From the NCBI GenBank assembly GCA_964355955.1, contig CAYHFQ010000001.1, forward strand, positions 103,419 to 167,418: a stretch of DNA of 64,000 nt. Reading direction: 5' to 3'. Source of the stretch: an uncultured Gammaproteobacteria bacterium. Lineage in GTDB: Bacteria; Patescibacteriota; Patescibacteriia; UBA9934. Under the pieces are notes generated by a model that did not search any database, had not been told where the DNA came from, and saw only the letters and a list, made by a program, of their open reading frames with translations. This document shows, in pieces, positions 1 to 9,835 of the stretch; position 1 is the first letter of the stretch, and every line of letters starts with the position of its first letter. The position numbers and the translations under genes were made by a program.

Positions 1-100
1 ACGACAGGGTTTTTTGGTAAAGGAGGATGGGCGCTGTGGCTAGCAGTAAGTAACCCTGCCTTGCGGAGCGTGCGAAGGAGACCAGCTTCTTTTTGTCCAT
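1..100 (-). CDS. yidD: Membrane protein insertion efficiency factor YidD, 5' part (runs off window edge)
   Basis: Not in ORF track. Manual translation from ATG at 100 gives MDKKKLVSFARSARQGYLLLATAPILLYQKTLS. YQKTLS matches the YidD N-terminal motif, and the position after rnpA is canonical. Confidence 0.7.
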   Translation of the reverse strand, partial: MDKKKLVSFARSARQGYLLLATAPILLYQKTLS

Positions 101-383
101 AATCGAGAGCTAAGGCCGGTTTGGCAGTGAGGAAAAGGACATCGTAACCGGTGGTGATGACGGGAATGCGCAAGCGGATGATTTCGCGATACTGGCGGCG
201 AATGCGATTGCGAACAACGGCGCTTTTGCTAACCTTCTTGCCGACCACCACACTGAAGCGAGAAATAGCCAGACCATTAGGCGTCATTTTGATACCGCAC
301 GCCGAATCAAAGGCGCCCTTTTTGCTTTTCAGCACCCGGGCGACATCCTTCTCGTGGCGTAGACGGTGGACCATTGGGAACAT
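1..383 (-). CDS. rnpA: Ribonuclease P protein component (3' end off window)
   Basis: Manual translation MFPMVHRLRHEKDVARVLKSKKG...RFSVVVGKKVSKSAVVRNRIRRQYRE contains the RNR motif; gene follows rpmH. Confidence 0.95.
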   Translation of the reverse strand, partial: MFPMVHRLRHEKDVARVLKSKKGAFDSACGIKMTPNGLAISRFSVVVGKKVSKSAVVRNRIRRQYREIIRLRIPVITTGYDVLFLTAKPALALDYGQKEAGLLRTLRKAGLLTASHSAHPPLPKNPV

Positions 384-459
384 ATGTAGAGTATAGCTGA
401 TGCGGCTTAAAACATAAATCCAGGCCTGTAACAGCCCGGACCTATATTTCTTAGGGTGT

Positions 460-612
460 TTAGCGTGGGCGGGCGGCAACGACTAGGCGTTTGCGACCCT
501 TAGCACGGCGTCGTTTGAGCGTTGCACGACCATCTTTGGTCAACATGCGCTTACGGAAACCATGTACGCGAGCTCGCGTCTTCTTTTTTGGTTGGTATGT
601 TCGCTTAGGCAT
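460..612 (-). CDS. rpmH: 50S ribosomal protein L34
   Basis: Manual translation [50 protein letters not shown]; divergent from dnaA. Confidence 0.97.
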   Translation of the reverse strand: MPKRTYQPKKKTRARVHGFRKRMLTKDGRATLKRRRAKGRKRLVVAARPR

Positions 613-750
613 AAATGAGTGAGCAGGTCAGTCTCAAGAGAGAATGTTCCTGAAGTGATTCAAAAGTCCTGGAGAGTATAGTTAAAATGGGGATAATTGT
701 CAAAGCAGGGGCTCTAAGGCAGTGATTTGGGAAGGTGCAAGACCCCTAAT

Positions 751-848
751 TGTGGATAACTCCACACTTTATCCACAGTTTTGGCTAAGTTATCCACAAA
801 TCTATCCCCCTTGAGCGCACAGACTGACTGGTTGAAGCCTGTGGATAT
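751..848. other. DnaA-box cluster upstream of dnaA (oriC part 1)
   Basis: Perfect boxes TGTGGATAA 751-759, TTATCCACA 769-777 and 790-798; near-match TGTGGATAT 840-848. Confidence 0.85.
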
Positions 849-922
849 GTAGGCTATTATGTCGACAGTCGAGATAGGTGTCCTGGTTTATGGGCACTAA
901 TAATGGTGAGAGCCGAGGCCTT

Positions 923-2332
923 ATGAATACTCACGAGCTCTGGCAAGCAGTACTAGGCGAGGTTGAGCTAAAACTCAGCCGGGCTAATTTTACTACTTGG
1001 TTCCGTGACACCTTTATTAGCGAGTACCATAACGGCCAAGTAATCATTGGCGTGCCGAATAATTTTACATTAACGTGGCTAGAGAAAAAGTATCATCGTG
1101 AAATTTTGGAGTCGTTGCAGAATGTCACCCAGGAGCCAGTGCGGACCTTGACCTATCATATTGAAACCAAGGCTAAGCCAGCGGCAGCGGTAGTCTTGAA
1201 GGAAGCCCCAGTTTTAGTGGTACAGCAACCACCACGTCAACAGGAAGATTACGGTTTTATCCAAACTGATAGTGGTGCCAGCGCTAAGACGGATACGCCA
1301 ACAAGTAACATTGCGATCAATGCTAATTATACGTTTAGCAATTTCGTGGTTGGTAAGCAAAATGAATTGGCTCATGCGGCAGCTCAGGCGGTGGCGGCGC
1401 AACCAGGTGGCACCTACAATCCGTTGTTCATTTACGGTGGCGTCGGCCTTGGTAAAACGCATTTACTACACGCGATTGCGAACGAGATGCGTCGACAGAA
1501 CCCAAACTGTCGCATTCTCTATGTAACTTGCGAGCATTTCACCAATGATTTTATTCACTCGGTACGTTTAGGTAAGGGTAAGGAGTTCAAAGATAGGTAC
1601 CGCAATGTCGATTTATTCTTGGTCGACGATATTCAGTTCATTTCTGGTAAAGATGCCACGCAAGAAGAGTTCTTTCATACTTTCAATGCGTTACATCAAG
1701 ATAACCGTCAGATTGTTATTACGTCTGACCGAGCACCAAAGGCTATTCAGCCGCTCGAGAAGCGCCTGCAGTCACGATTGGAGTGGGGCATGTTGGTCGA
1801 TATTGGGACGCCTGACCTAGAAACACGTATCGCTATTTTGCAAAAGAAGTGTTTGGAGAAAGGCGTACTGCTCGACCGCGATATCCTCCACTACGTCGCC
1901 AGCGTCATTTACTCCAACATTCGTGAGCTAGAGGGTGCGCTGACCAAGATTATCGCCTTCCACCAGTTCAAAAATTTGGTGCCGTCGCTTGAAAGCGTCA
2001 AACCGATACTCGCCAGTTTTGAAAGTGAAAATGCTAAAAAAACCGTAACCGCTCGTCAGTTGATTAGTGTAGTAGCTGAGTACTTCGACCTCCAGACTGA
2101 TGATTTGCTAGGAAAGAGTCGGGAAAAGCGCTTAGCCTTCCCACGACAGATAATCATGTACTTACTGCGTGAGGAGATGAAGAACTCCTACCCAGCGATT
2201 GGTAACGAGCTTGGAGGACGAGACCACACCACGGCGATGCACGCTTATACCAAGATTTCTGAGCTACTGAGCCATGATGATAAGTTACAGAAGGACCTGG
2301 AGCTGTTAAAACAGCGTCTCTACAGTGCATAA
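923..2332 (+). CDS. dnaA: Chromosomal replication initiator DnaA
   Basis: YNPLFIYGGVGLGKTHLL Walker A, DLFLVDDIQF, and GGRDHTT DNA-binding signature. ATG 923 preferred over GTG 878. Confidence 0.99.
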   Translation: MNTHELWQAVLGEVELKLSRANFTTWFRDTFISEYHNGQVIIGVPNNFTLTWLEKKYHREILESLQNVTQEPVRTLTYHIETKAKPAAAVVLKEAPVLVVQQPPRQQEDYGFIQTDSGASAKTDTPTSNIAINANYTFSNFVVGKQNELAHAAAQAVAAQPGGTYNPLFIYGGVGLGKTHLLHAIANEMRRQNPNCRILYVTCEHFTNDFIHSVRLGKGKEFKDRYRNVDLFLVDDIQFISGKDATQEEFFHTFNALHQDNRQIVITSDRAPKAIQPLEKRLQSRLEWGMLVDIGTPDLETRIAILQKKCLEKGVLLDRDILHYVASVIYSNIRELEGALTKIIAFHQFKNLVPSLESVKPILASFESENAKKTVTARQLISVVAEYFDLQTDDLLGKSREKRLAFPRQIIMYLLREEMKNSYPAIGNELGGRDHTTAMHAYTKISELLSHDDKLQKDLELLKQRLYSA

Positions 2333-2631
2333 CGGACTTTTCCCCCAGCTATACCGCAACTATCCACTAACTGTCCCCATGGGCTACTGTGGATAGAATG
2401 GGGGATAACCCAGTGCACAAGTCTGTGGATAGGAGAGAGGATAAAGAGGTGATAAGATAGAATGGAGAAGCGTCACAAAGATGTACACATACAGGTCACA
2501 CTGGAAGTCGCGGGTTATCCACCTTGAGGAATGAGAAACGGGCCTGTGAAACTTAGGGATTGGGAGTTATCCCTGTTATCCACCGCCTTACAGAGTGGGT
2601 TACTATCTAAGATAAAAATTTAAGCACTCAC
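2333..2631. other. dnaA-dnaN intergenic DnaA-box cluster (likely oriC part 2)
   Basis: About 300 bp non-coding, with many 1-2 mismatch boxes (CTATCCACT, TGTGGATAG twice, GGGGATAA, TTATCCACC twice, TTATCCCTG) and an AT-rich end before dnaN. Confidence 0.8.
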
Positions 2632-3771
2632 ATGAAGTTATCTTGTACGAGAGAAAATCTACATCAAGGATTGGCGATCACCAGTCACATAGGCAGTAAG
2701 AGTGTAAACCTACCAATTCTGCAGAACGTCTTATTGAAGGCCGACGCTGGTGGCTTACATTTAACGTCGACAAATTTGGAGTTGGCGGTGTCATGCTTAG
2801 TACGCGGAAAAGTTGATCAGACTGGTGAATATACAGTACCAGGAAAACTTTTTTACGATTATGTTAATTTGTTGCCGAATGACCGAATTGATTTAGATTT
2901 GCTTGACCATGCGTTGGCGGTGCAATGTGGGACGTCGAAAACTAAGATTAATGGCATTGCGGCGAACGAATATCCATTAATTCCAGCGGTGACGGGTGGA
3001 GTGATCTTTGGCGTAAATGCAGCTGGCTTTGATGCGGCCCTGGGGCAAACGTTATTTTCGGTCGCCATGAATGAGGCCCGACCAGAGCTGACGGGTGTGT
3101 ACATGGTGTTTAGTGTGATTGATGGTGCACCAGTTGTGACTATGGCGGCGACGGATAGCTACCGACTGGGTGAGAAGGTGGTGCCGATTGTGGCCGGACC
3201 AGACGATGAGAAGAAGGTGATTGTGCCGCAACGGACGCTAATTGAAGTGCGCCGTATTATTAGCGTCTTCCGCGATAGTGTAGACGCACCAGAAACGATT
3301 GAGATTGAATTGACGGAGAACCAGATTGCTTTCCGTTTTGGGAATGTAGAACTGACGAGCAGGACACTTGAGGGTAAATATCCGGATTACAGGCAGATTA
3401 TCCCCAAGACGGCGAATACAGAGGTAATTGTGAAGCGGGCCGACTTGGCGCAAGCGGTTAAGCGAACGAGCTTGTTTAGTAAGGCTGGTTTGTTTGATGT
3501 GCGTTTAGAGGTGAACGTAGAGACTAAGATGCTGCAGCTTTCGGCGACGGATGCGGGACGTGGTGAGAATAGTGTGGCGATCGAGGCCGAAATTTCCGGG
3601 CCGGTTAATAACATTGTGCTGAACTATCGTTATTTATTGGATGGTTTGAATGCGATTGGGACGGAAAAGGTGGCGGTTCGCATGATTGATGGCGCTGCAC
3701 CGTGTGTACTCATGCCGGTGGAAGCGCCCGAGGAGAAATACCTTTACATTATAATGCCTATTCGCCAATAA
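2632..3771 (+). CDS. dnaN: DNA polymerase III beta sliding clamp
   Basis: PILQNVLL, ATDSYRL, GKYPDYRQIIP, YIIMPIR motifs; follows dnaA. Confidence 0.99.
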   Translation: MKLSCTRENLHQGLAITSHIGSKSVNLPILQNVLLKADAGGLHLTSTNLELAVSCLVRGKVDQTGEYTVPGKLFYDYVNLLPNDRIDLDLLDHALAVQCGTSKTKINGIAANEYPLIPAVTGGVIFGVNAAGFDAALGQTLFSVAMNEARPELTGVYMVFSVIDGAPVVTMAATDSYRLGEKVVPIVAGPDDEKKVIVPQRTLIEVRRIISVFRDSVDAPETIEIELTENQIAFRFGNVELTSRTLEGKYPDYRQIIPKTANTEVIVKRADLAQAVKRTSLFSKAGLFDVRLEVNVETKMLQLSATDAGRGENSVAIEAEISGPVNNIVLNYRYLLDGLNAIGTEKVAVRMIDGAAPCVLMPVEAPEEKYLYIIMPIRQ

Positions 3772-4519
3772 GATTCCAGATGCCGCTAAAGAGTTGGCGT
3801 TGGTTTTGGGCCATCATCGCGTCGTGAATTTCGACGAGGTAAAAAGGGTGTTGGCGCGTATTTAACATGACGAGGTAATTACCCATGACCCAGGTGGTGG
3901 CGGTAAAAGCTGAGGCACCAGACCAGAATTTTATTTGGCGGTTGGCATAGCCTTTGGTCGACATGGCGGTTTCAGCGTTGGATTGATTGCTGAGTAATTG
4001 TAGTTTGGGATTATTTGGTTGCTGCCAGTACCAGTCAATCCAGGTTTGGTAATGTTCGACGAAGGAGGGATCTTGAAAGCCCCAGTATAGCGTTTTAGTT
4101 TCTTTAATGCTTTTGTTCCAAAGTGGTGTTTGTTTGTAGATATAGTTGTCGATTTCTTCTTCAGGTATGAAGACGATTTTGGGGATGTTGTATTTGACGC
4201 TTTGGGCGACTTTTTGCAGTTCAGCGATGGCGGCTTGAACGGTCGCTTTTTTGATGTCTAGGGCTTTTTGTTCGCGATTGGTGAGAATGGCCAGATCTTC
4301 TGGTTGTTTGGCGATGAGTGAGCGGGAAGTGCCGCCGAGATCTTCTAGGACCACACCCTTTTTGACGAGCTCCTTGGCGACGCTGTATACGGTCGGGCGA
4401 CTAATCCTGGTCAGTTTCGCGACTTCGGCTGGGGTCATTTGGCCGTGCTGCAAAAGAGCGAGATAAACCTCGCTTTCTTTGGGGCTGAAGCCGAGTTTGG
4501 TGAGATTTGGGTACAACAT
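3758..4519 (-). CDS. TrmB-family winged-helix transcriptional regulator
   Basis: LGFSPKESEVYLALL...EVAKLTRISRPTVYSVAKELVKKG N-terminal HTH, followed by a coiled coil and a putative sensor domain. Confidence 0.85.
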   Translation of the reverse strand: MLYPNLTKLGFSPKESEVYLALLQHGQMTPAEVAKLTRISRPTVYSVAKELVKKGVVLEDLGGTSRSLIAKQPEDLAILTNREQKALDIKKATVQAAIAELQKVAQSVKYNIPKIVFIPEEEIDNYIYKQTPLWNKSIKETKTLYWGFQDPSFVEHYQTWIDWYWQQPNNPKLQLLSNQSNAETAMSTKGYANRQIKFWSGASAFTATTWVMGNYLVMLNTRQHPFYLVEIHDAMMAQNQRQLFSGIWNLIGE

Positions 4520-4693
4520 GGGGATAGAATACGGCTATGTGGATAAGTTGTCAATAAGTCATCAACACTATTTCAAGGCTTATAATATAGGGATAAATGT
4601 AAAAAGTAGTCCACAGTCTGTGGACAAAAGGTGGAAAAAATGGTAGATTGGTTTGTTCGTAAGTGAACATAATCAATAATAATCTCTGTTGTT

Positions 4694-5989
4694 ATGCTAC
4701 AACGAATCGATAATTATTTTAGGATAACGGAACGTGGTTCAACTTTTAGGATTGAGTTATTAGCTGGATTGTCGACGTTTTTTTCTCTTTCTTACATTTT
4801 CGTGGTGAATCCGGCGATATTATCGGCGGCTGGGATTAGCAAGAGCGCAATTTTCTTTGCGACTGTGGTTGGATCGGTCGTGACTACGTTGTTGATGGGA
4901 TTGTGGGCTAGGTTGCCGTTTGCTGTTGCACCGGGACTCGAAATGAACGCGTATGTGGCTTATGTGGTAGTTGGCGTTATGGGTTTCACTTGGCAGGGTG
5001 CGCTGGGTGCGGTGTTTTGGTCTGGTATTTTGACGGTAATATTAAGTTTTACTCCATTGCGGGTGAACGTAGTTAAGGCTATTCCAGATAAACTAAAATC
5101 TGGTTTGGCTGCTGCTGTCGGTGTATTCTTAGTCCTTATTGCTCTCAAAGTTAGCGGGATATTGGCCTACGAAGGAATTCAGGTGAGGGGATTGGGTTTG
5201 CTTGCTTCTAAGGAGGCGATTATCTTCTACGTCGGACTAGTCTTGGTAGTGATCCTAAAATATTTTAAAGTTCGAGGAGCGGTTCTACTAAGTATTATTG
5301 GAGCTGCAGTAGTCGCTCATTTAATCGGATTAAGTCAGGTGATTGAGCCTATTAAACTTTCGAAGGAAATGTTTGCTGCCACGTTTGCTCTTGATTGGGG
5401 GATTATTCTGAATCCAAAAATCTGGTCAGTTATCATTGTTCTTTTCATTCTCGATTTTTATGGCAGCATTGCTAAATTTATTGGATTAACTAGAAATACT
5501 GCTATTGTTGATGAGAATGGTCACTTGCCGCGACTGAAGGAAGGATTGATTGCTGATGGTGCTGGTACCGTAATTGGTGCCGTCACGGGAACATCTAACC
5601 TGATTGCCTATGTGGAAAGTGCGGTTGGTATTGGCGAAGGCGGTCGTACGGGTTTGGTGGCCGTATTCGTTGTAGTGCTCATGGCATTATTTATGTTCCT
5701 GACGCCACTCGTGAACTTGGTGCCGGTGGCGGCAACGACCGGAGCCTTGTGCTTTGTTGGACTGACGTTGTTTCCGTGGAAAGAAATTGGGAAATATGAC
5801 TGGACAGAGGTTATAGCTGTTATGGCTATGGTAGTGGTGACTATTTGGACGTTTGGTCTGGATAAGGCAATGTTCGCTGGGTTTGCCTCGTTCGTAGTGT
5901 TATTCATGGTTACTGGTAAATGGAAGCAATTGAATCCGTATCTCATTGGGTCGACATTGTTACTGCTCGTGAGTATTTTACTCTCTTAA
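4694..5989 (+). CDS. NCS2/AzgA-family nucleobase (purine) permease
   Basis: ELLAGLSTFFSLSYIFVVNPAILS, PFAVAPGLEMNAY, AYVESAVGIGEGGRTGL motifs; many TM helices. Confidence 0.92.
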   Translation: MLQRIDNYFRITERGSTFRIELLAGLSTFFSLSYIFVVNPAILSAAGISKSAIFFATVVGSVVTTLLMGLWARLPFAVAPGLEMNAYVAYVVVGVMGFTWQGALGAVFWSGILTVILSFTPLRVNVVKAIPDKLKSGLAAAVGVFLVLIALKVSGILAYEGIQVRGLGLLASKEAIIFYVGLVLVVILKYFKVRGAVLLSIIGAAVVAHLIGLSQVIEPIKLSKEMFAATFALDWGIILNPKIWSVIIVLFILDFYGSIAKFIGLTRNTAIVDENGHLPRLKEGLIADGAGTVIGAVTGTSNLIAYVESAVGIGEGGRTGLVAVFVVVLMALFMFLTPLVNLVPVAATTGALCFVGLTLFPWKEIGKYDWTEVIAVMAMVVVTIWTFGLDKAMFAGFASFVVLFMVTGKWKQLNPYLIGSTLLLLVSILLS

Positions 5990-5999
5990 TAACTATAAT

Positions 6000-6689
6000 A
6001 TGACACAGAATATGACAACGAAATTAGTAGCTGATCAAAAGGAATGGAGTGTTGTAGCTAAGGAGTTGGAGGGTGAAAATTTGAAGTTGGCTTCCTACGA
6101 TAATATATTGATGTTGGCTATTGGCGACGTGACTGGTAAGAAAGTGTTGGATTACGGGGCTGGTCCTGGTGTTTTGGCATTAGGATTAAAGAAAATGGGA
6201 GCTGAGGTGAAAGTGTGGGATATTAATGGTGAGATGCGGGCGAAGGCTGGAGCTAAGATCGGAACAGAAAATATATATAGTGAGTTGAGCCAAGTACCAA
6301 ATAACTATTTTGATGTCGTAATTTGTAATTTGGTGTTGTGTATTGTGCCGGAGGATGAGGTGAGAAATATTGTGGTTAATCTAAAGAATTATATTAACGA
6401 TGGAGGCAGTGTATATGTGGGTTTTTGCAACCCGCGAATATATAACGTCGTAGAAAGCAAATTAGATTTTCGTTTTCCGACTGGCAATAAGTATGAAGAC
6501 AATCATGAGTATAAAAAGATTAAGAAAGAAGGTGGCTATGAGATTATAGAGACTCATCGTCCGCTGGAATGGTATAAAAAAATATTCGCTGAGGTGGGGC
6601 TGAATCTGGTAGAGACGTTGTTTACTCCGGAGTATGAGCTGAAGGAGAATAAGATAGAAGACTTTGTGATCTTCAAGTTGCAGGAATAA
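6000..6689 (+). CDS. Class I SAM-dependent methyltransferase
   Basis: VLDYGAGPG motif I and FDVVICNLVL. Confidence 0.88.
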   Translation: MTQNMTTKLVADQKEWSVVAKELEGENLKLASYDNILMLAIGDVTGKKVLDYGAGPGVLALGLKKMGAEVKVWDINGEMRAKAGAKIGTENIYSELSQVPNNYFDVVICNLVLCIVPEDEVRNIVVNLKNYINDGGSVYVGFCNPRIYNVVESKLDFRFPTGNKYEDNHEYKKIKKEGGYEIIETHRPLEWYKKIFAEVGLNLVETLFTPEYELKENKIEDFVIFKLQE

Positions 6690-6702
6690 TCAGTGAGTAG
6701 CC

Positions 6703-6741
6703 CAATATAAAAAAGAACCATTTCGGTTCTTTTTTATATTG
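6703..6741. terminator. Bidirectional intrinsic terminator
   Basis: Perfect 17-bp inverted repeat CAATATAAAAAAGAACC / GGTTCTTTTTTATATTG between convergent genes. Confidence 0.85.
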
Positions 6742-6751
6742 AGTGAGGTGA

Positions 6752-9670
6752 TTATGGGGTGGTCACGGGAGGGGTTATTGGAGGAGCGAGGGTGAGGGGG
6801 GTGGGAAGAACGGGCGCGTCCTGGAGGAGGACGTTGATGGCGGGGGAGTCGGAAGTGGTGCCATCGGAGTAAACGGCGACGGCGACGAGGGAGTACTGGG
6901 CGGAAGAGGGGAGGTTCCAGACCATGCTGGCGATGCTGGAAGGGGCTAGGAGCTCGCCGACGGTGCTCACGGCGCCAGTCCAGAGGTTGGTGGCCGTAAT
7001 GTGGAGGGAGGCGACAGAAGCGGCGTCGGGAGTCTCGATCGAGATGGTGTAGGTTGGGGCAGTTTTGATGATTACTTGGTTAGGGAAGGGGTTCGTGATG
7101 CTGGGGCCGCGGTTGGTGCTGCCGGCTTCGGTGACGTTTATGTTGACGCTGGCGTCGCTCTGGTTGTCGACGTCGTCAAAGACAGTGGCGGTGAGGAGAT
7201 GAGTGCCAATGGTGACCCAACTTGGGAGAGTGACGGCACCGTTGTTGGTGTTGCTCGAGCTGCCGACGTAGCTGCCGTCGATAGCGAATTCAACACGACC
7301 GAAGTTACGTTTAAGCTCCACGATGTATTGGAGGGAGAGATTGCGGCCGACGTTGCTGTTGTCGAGAGGTTCTAGGAGATTAATAACCGGGGTGTTGCGC
7401 GCGGTGTGGACGTCGTCGTCCTCGGTCGGGATGGTGCAGGTGGTGTAGGCGACTTCACCTTCTTTGAGATTAGTGTTGTGTTTGGTCATCCAGGTCTGAA
7501 TGGCTGTTTCCCAAGGTGAGTAGTAAGGGTCGGCGGCGGGATTACCGGGAATCGCGCCGGTTGGATTGTTTTTGTCGACGTATTGCAGAATGGTGTGATA
7601 CTCGCCACAGGTTAGTTCCTCACGATAACGGGCCGGGGTGAGTGGGGTGGCGAGTTTGCCAGAGGCGGTGTCGATGGTGACTGTGGTGCTCGGCATAACG
7701 CCATCGAGGACTGCTTTGCCGGTGGTAGGGATATTAGCGGCCGGGAAATTCTCAATTGGGGAATTGGCGAGAGCAGCGCGCATGAAAGCGTTCCAGATTG
7801 GGGCGGCGACAACTGAACCGTCAGCGCCACGACTCATTTCTTTACCGTTGGTATTGCCAACCCAGACGCCAGCGGCCAAGGAAGGTGTATAGCCGAGTGT
7901 CCAGGCGTCGTTGAAGTCGTTGGTGGTACCGGTTTTGGCAGCGACGGGACGGGCGCTAAGCTGGAGATAATTACTTGGGCCAAAGACGTAGCTGCGAGCA
8001 GCATTGTCTGACAGGACGTTGCTTAAAGTAGTGGCAATGTTTGAGTCGATAACTTGGCTGCCAACGTGTTCTTCTGGTTTCCATTCTTGTAGGGTGTTGC
8101 CTTTGTTGTCCACGACTTTGAGGACGCCGACGACGTCGTGGTGCAAACCGTTGTTAGCGAAGGTGGCGTAGGCGTTGGCGTGATCAATCAGTTTGACTTC
8201 GGCACCGCCAAGCACAATAGCCAGGCCAAATTGGCTGCGATCCGCGAAGGTGGAGTAACCTAATTTTTCTGCGAAGTTGAGAGCGTAGTCGACGCCAGTT
8301 AAGTAAAGAAGTTTAACGGCCGGGACGTTAAGTGAGCCTTGGAGGGCTTTACGGAGAGTGACTGGGCCGTTCTCGTCGACGTGATAATTTTTAGGATTGT
8401 AGTCGCCAGAGGCGGTGGGGAAATGGGTGTCTACATCCCACAGAATGGTGTTGGGGGTATAGCCTTTTTCGAAGGCGGCAGCAAAAACGATTGGTTTGAT
8501 ACTTGAGCCTGGTTGGAGGGGGCGGGTGGTGATGTTGACCTGGCCTTGAATGTCGTCGTTGGAATAGTCGACACTGCCGACCATGGCGAGAATTTGTCCA
8601 GTTTTTGGGTCGATAGCGGTGAGGCCAGAGTTATTGAAACCGTAACGTGCGCCAAGAGCTGCGACGCCGTCGGTAACTGCTTTCTCGGCAGCTAGTTGCT
8701 TGTCGTAGTCGAGGGTGGTGGTAACGGTTAAGCCGCCTTGGTCGACGTCGTGAGTAGAATATGTTTCTTCTAGGAGCTGTTTGACCCAAAAAACAAAGTG
8801 AGGGGCGGTGATGCCGCTACTGAAGTCGATGGCGACAGGAGAGTCTGTGGCCATGGCGGCGTCAGCGTCGGCCTGTGAGATGTAGCCTAAGGAAACCATG
8901 CGACCGAGAATCCAATCACGACGATCTTTAAGCTGGTCGGGGTTGTTGAGGTAACGAGTAGGAGCCTGAGGTAAGCCGGCCAAGGTGGCAGATTCGGCGA
9001 GGGTGAGATCTGTAACGTGTTTGTGGAAATAATTTTGACTGGCGGTTTCCACGCCGTAGATAGTGCCGCCGTAAGGGATTTCGTTTAGGTACATTTGGAG
9101 AATCTGGTCCTTGGTGAAGTTGCGGTCAAGGGCGAGGGAGAGAATAATTTCTTTGATTTTGCGGGTGATGGTGGCTTCGTTGGTGAGGATGGCATTTTTA
9201 ACGAGCTGTTGAGTGATGGTTGAACCACCACCGCGGTTGCCCCGGAAAATAATGGCACGTAAAATGCCTTTGATACTGATGCCGTGGTTAGTATAGAAGT
9301 TTTCATCTTCTGCGCTAATGGCGGCGTGCTGTAAGTCGAGGGGAATTTGGTCTAAAGCGACGAGGGTGCGCTTTTCGTCGCCAGCAATTTCGTAAAGGAG
9401 GTGAGTGCCGGTGCGGTCGTAGATTTTGGTGGACAGTGAGACATCGCGCGTGAGCAAGGTGTTAGGGTCGGGGAGATCTTTGGAAAACCAGGCGTAGGCA
9501 CCTAAGAAAAGGATGGCAAATAAGAGAAAACAGGCGATTAGGGCGAGGGCGATGTTTTTAGCCCAGGTCTTTTTGTCAGCTTTGGCAAAAAGGGGTGAAA
9601 CATAGTGACGCCAAGCTCGGGCGAGGGGTGACTTTCCGAGTTTGGACTGGTAGTGGGAGTATGATTTCAT
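6752..9670 (-). CDS. Class A penicillin-binding protein (PBP1A-like) with C-terminal Ig-like domains
   Basis: Transglycosylase motifs EDENFY and GGSTITQQLVKN; transpeptidase SSIK, SLN and KTGT; N-terminal TM helix. Confidence 0.95.
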   Translation of the reverse strand: MKSYSHYQSKLGKSPLARAWRHYVSPLFAKADKKTWAKNIALALIACFLLFAILFLGAYAWFSKDLPDPNTLLTRDVSLSTKIYDRTGTHLLYEIAGDEKRTLVALDQIPLDLQHAAISAEDENFYTNHGISIKGILRAIIFRGNRGGGSTITQQLVKNAILTNEATITRKIKEIILSLALDRNFTKDQILQMYLNEIPYGGTIYGVETASQNYFHKHVTDLTLAESATLAGLPQAPTRYLNNPDQLKDRRDWILGRMVSLGYISQADADAAMATDSPVAIDFSSGITAPHFVFWVKQLLEETYSTHDVDQGGLTVTTTLDYDKQLAAEKAVTDGVAALGARYGFNNSGLTAIDPKTGQILAMVGSVDYSNDDIQGQVNITTRPLQPGSSIKPIVFAAAFEKGYTPNTILWDVDTHFPTASGDYNPKNYHVDENGPVTLRKALQGSLNVPAVKLLYLTGVDYALNFAEKLGYSTFADRSQFGLAIVLGGAEVKLIDHANAYATFANNGLHHDVVGVLKVVDNKGNTLQEWKPEEHVGSQVIDSNIATTLSNVLSDNAARSYVFGPSNYLQLSARPVAAKTGTTNDFNDAWTLGYTPSLAAGVWVGNTNGKEMSRGADGSVVAAPIWNAFMRAALANSPIENFPAANIPTTGKAVLDGVMPSTTVTIDTASGKLATPLTPARYREELTCGEYHTILQYVDKNNPTGAIPGNPAADPYYSPWETAIQTWMTKHNTNLKEGEVAYTTCTIPTEDDDVHTARNTPVINLLEPLDNSNVGRNLSLQYIVELKRNFGRVEFAIDGSYVGSSSNTNNGAVTLPSWVTIGTHLLTATVFDDVDNQSDASVNINVTEAGSTNRGPSITNPFPNQVIIKTAPTYTISIETPDAASVASLHITATNLWTGAVSTVGELLAPSSIASMVWNLPSSAQYSLVAVAVYSDGTTSDSPAINVLLQDAPVLPTPLTLAPPITPPVTTP

Positions 9671-9835
9671 ATTATTTTGAGTATACGGGAAGCGGCTGAA
9701 AAGTGCAACTAAAAGGGGCTTATAATTTGGCTAACCTTAGCAAAGTCAAGTACTCTTTTGCTGGACAAATTTGCCTAAATCGGGTATAGTGTTATTAACA
9801 TCTCGATGGTTTTCGAGGTGATTTTATTTCCCCTT

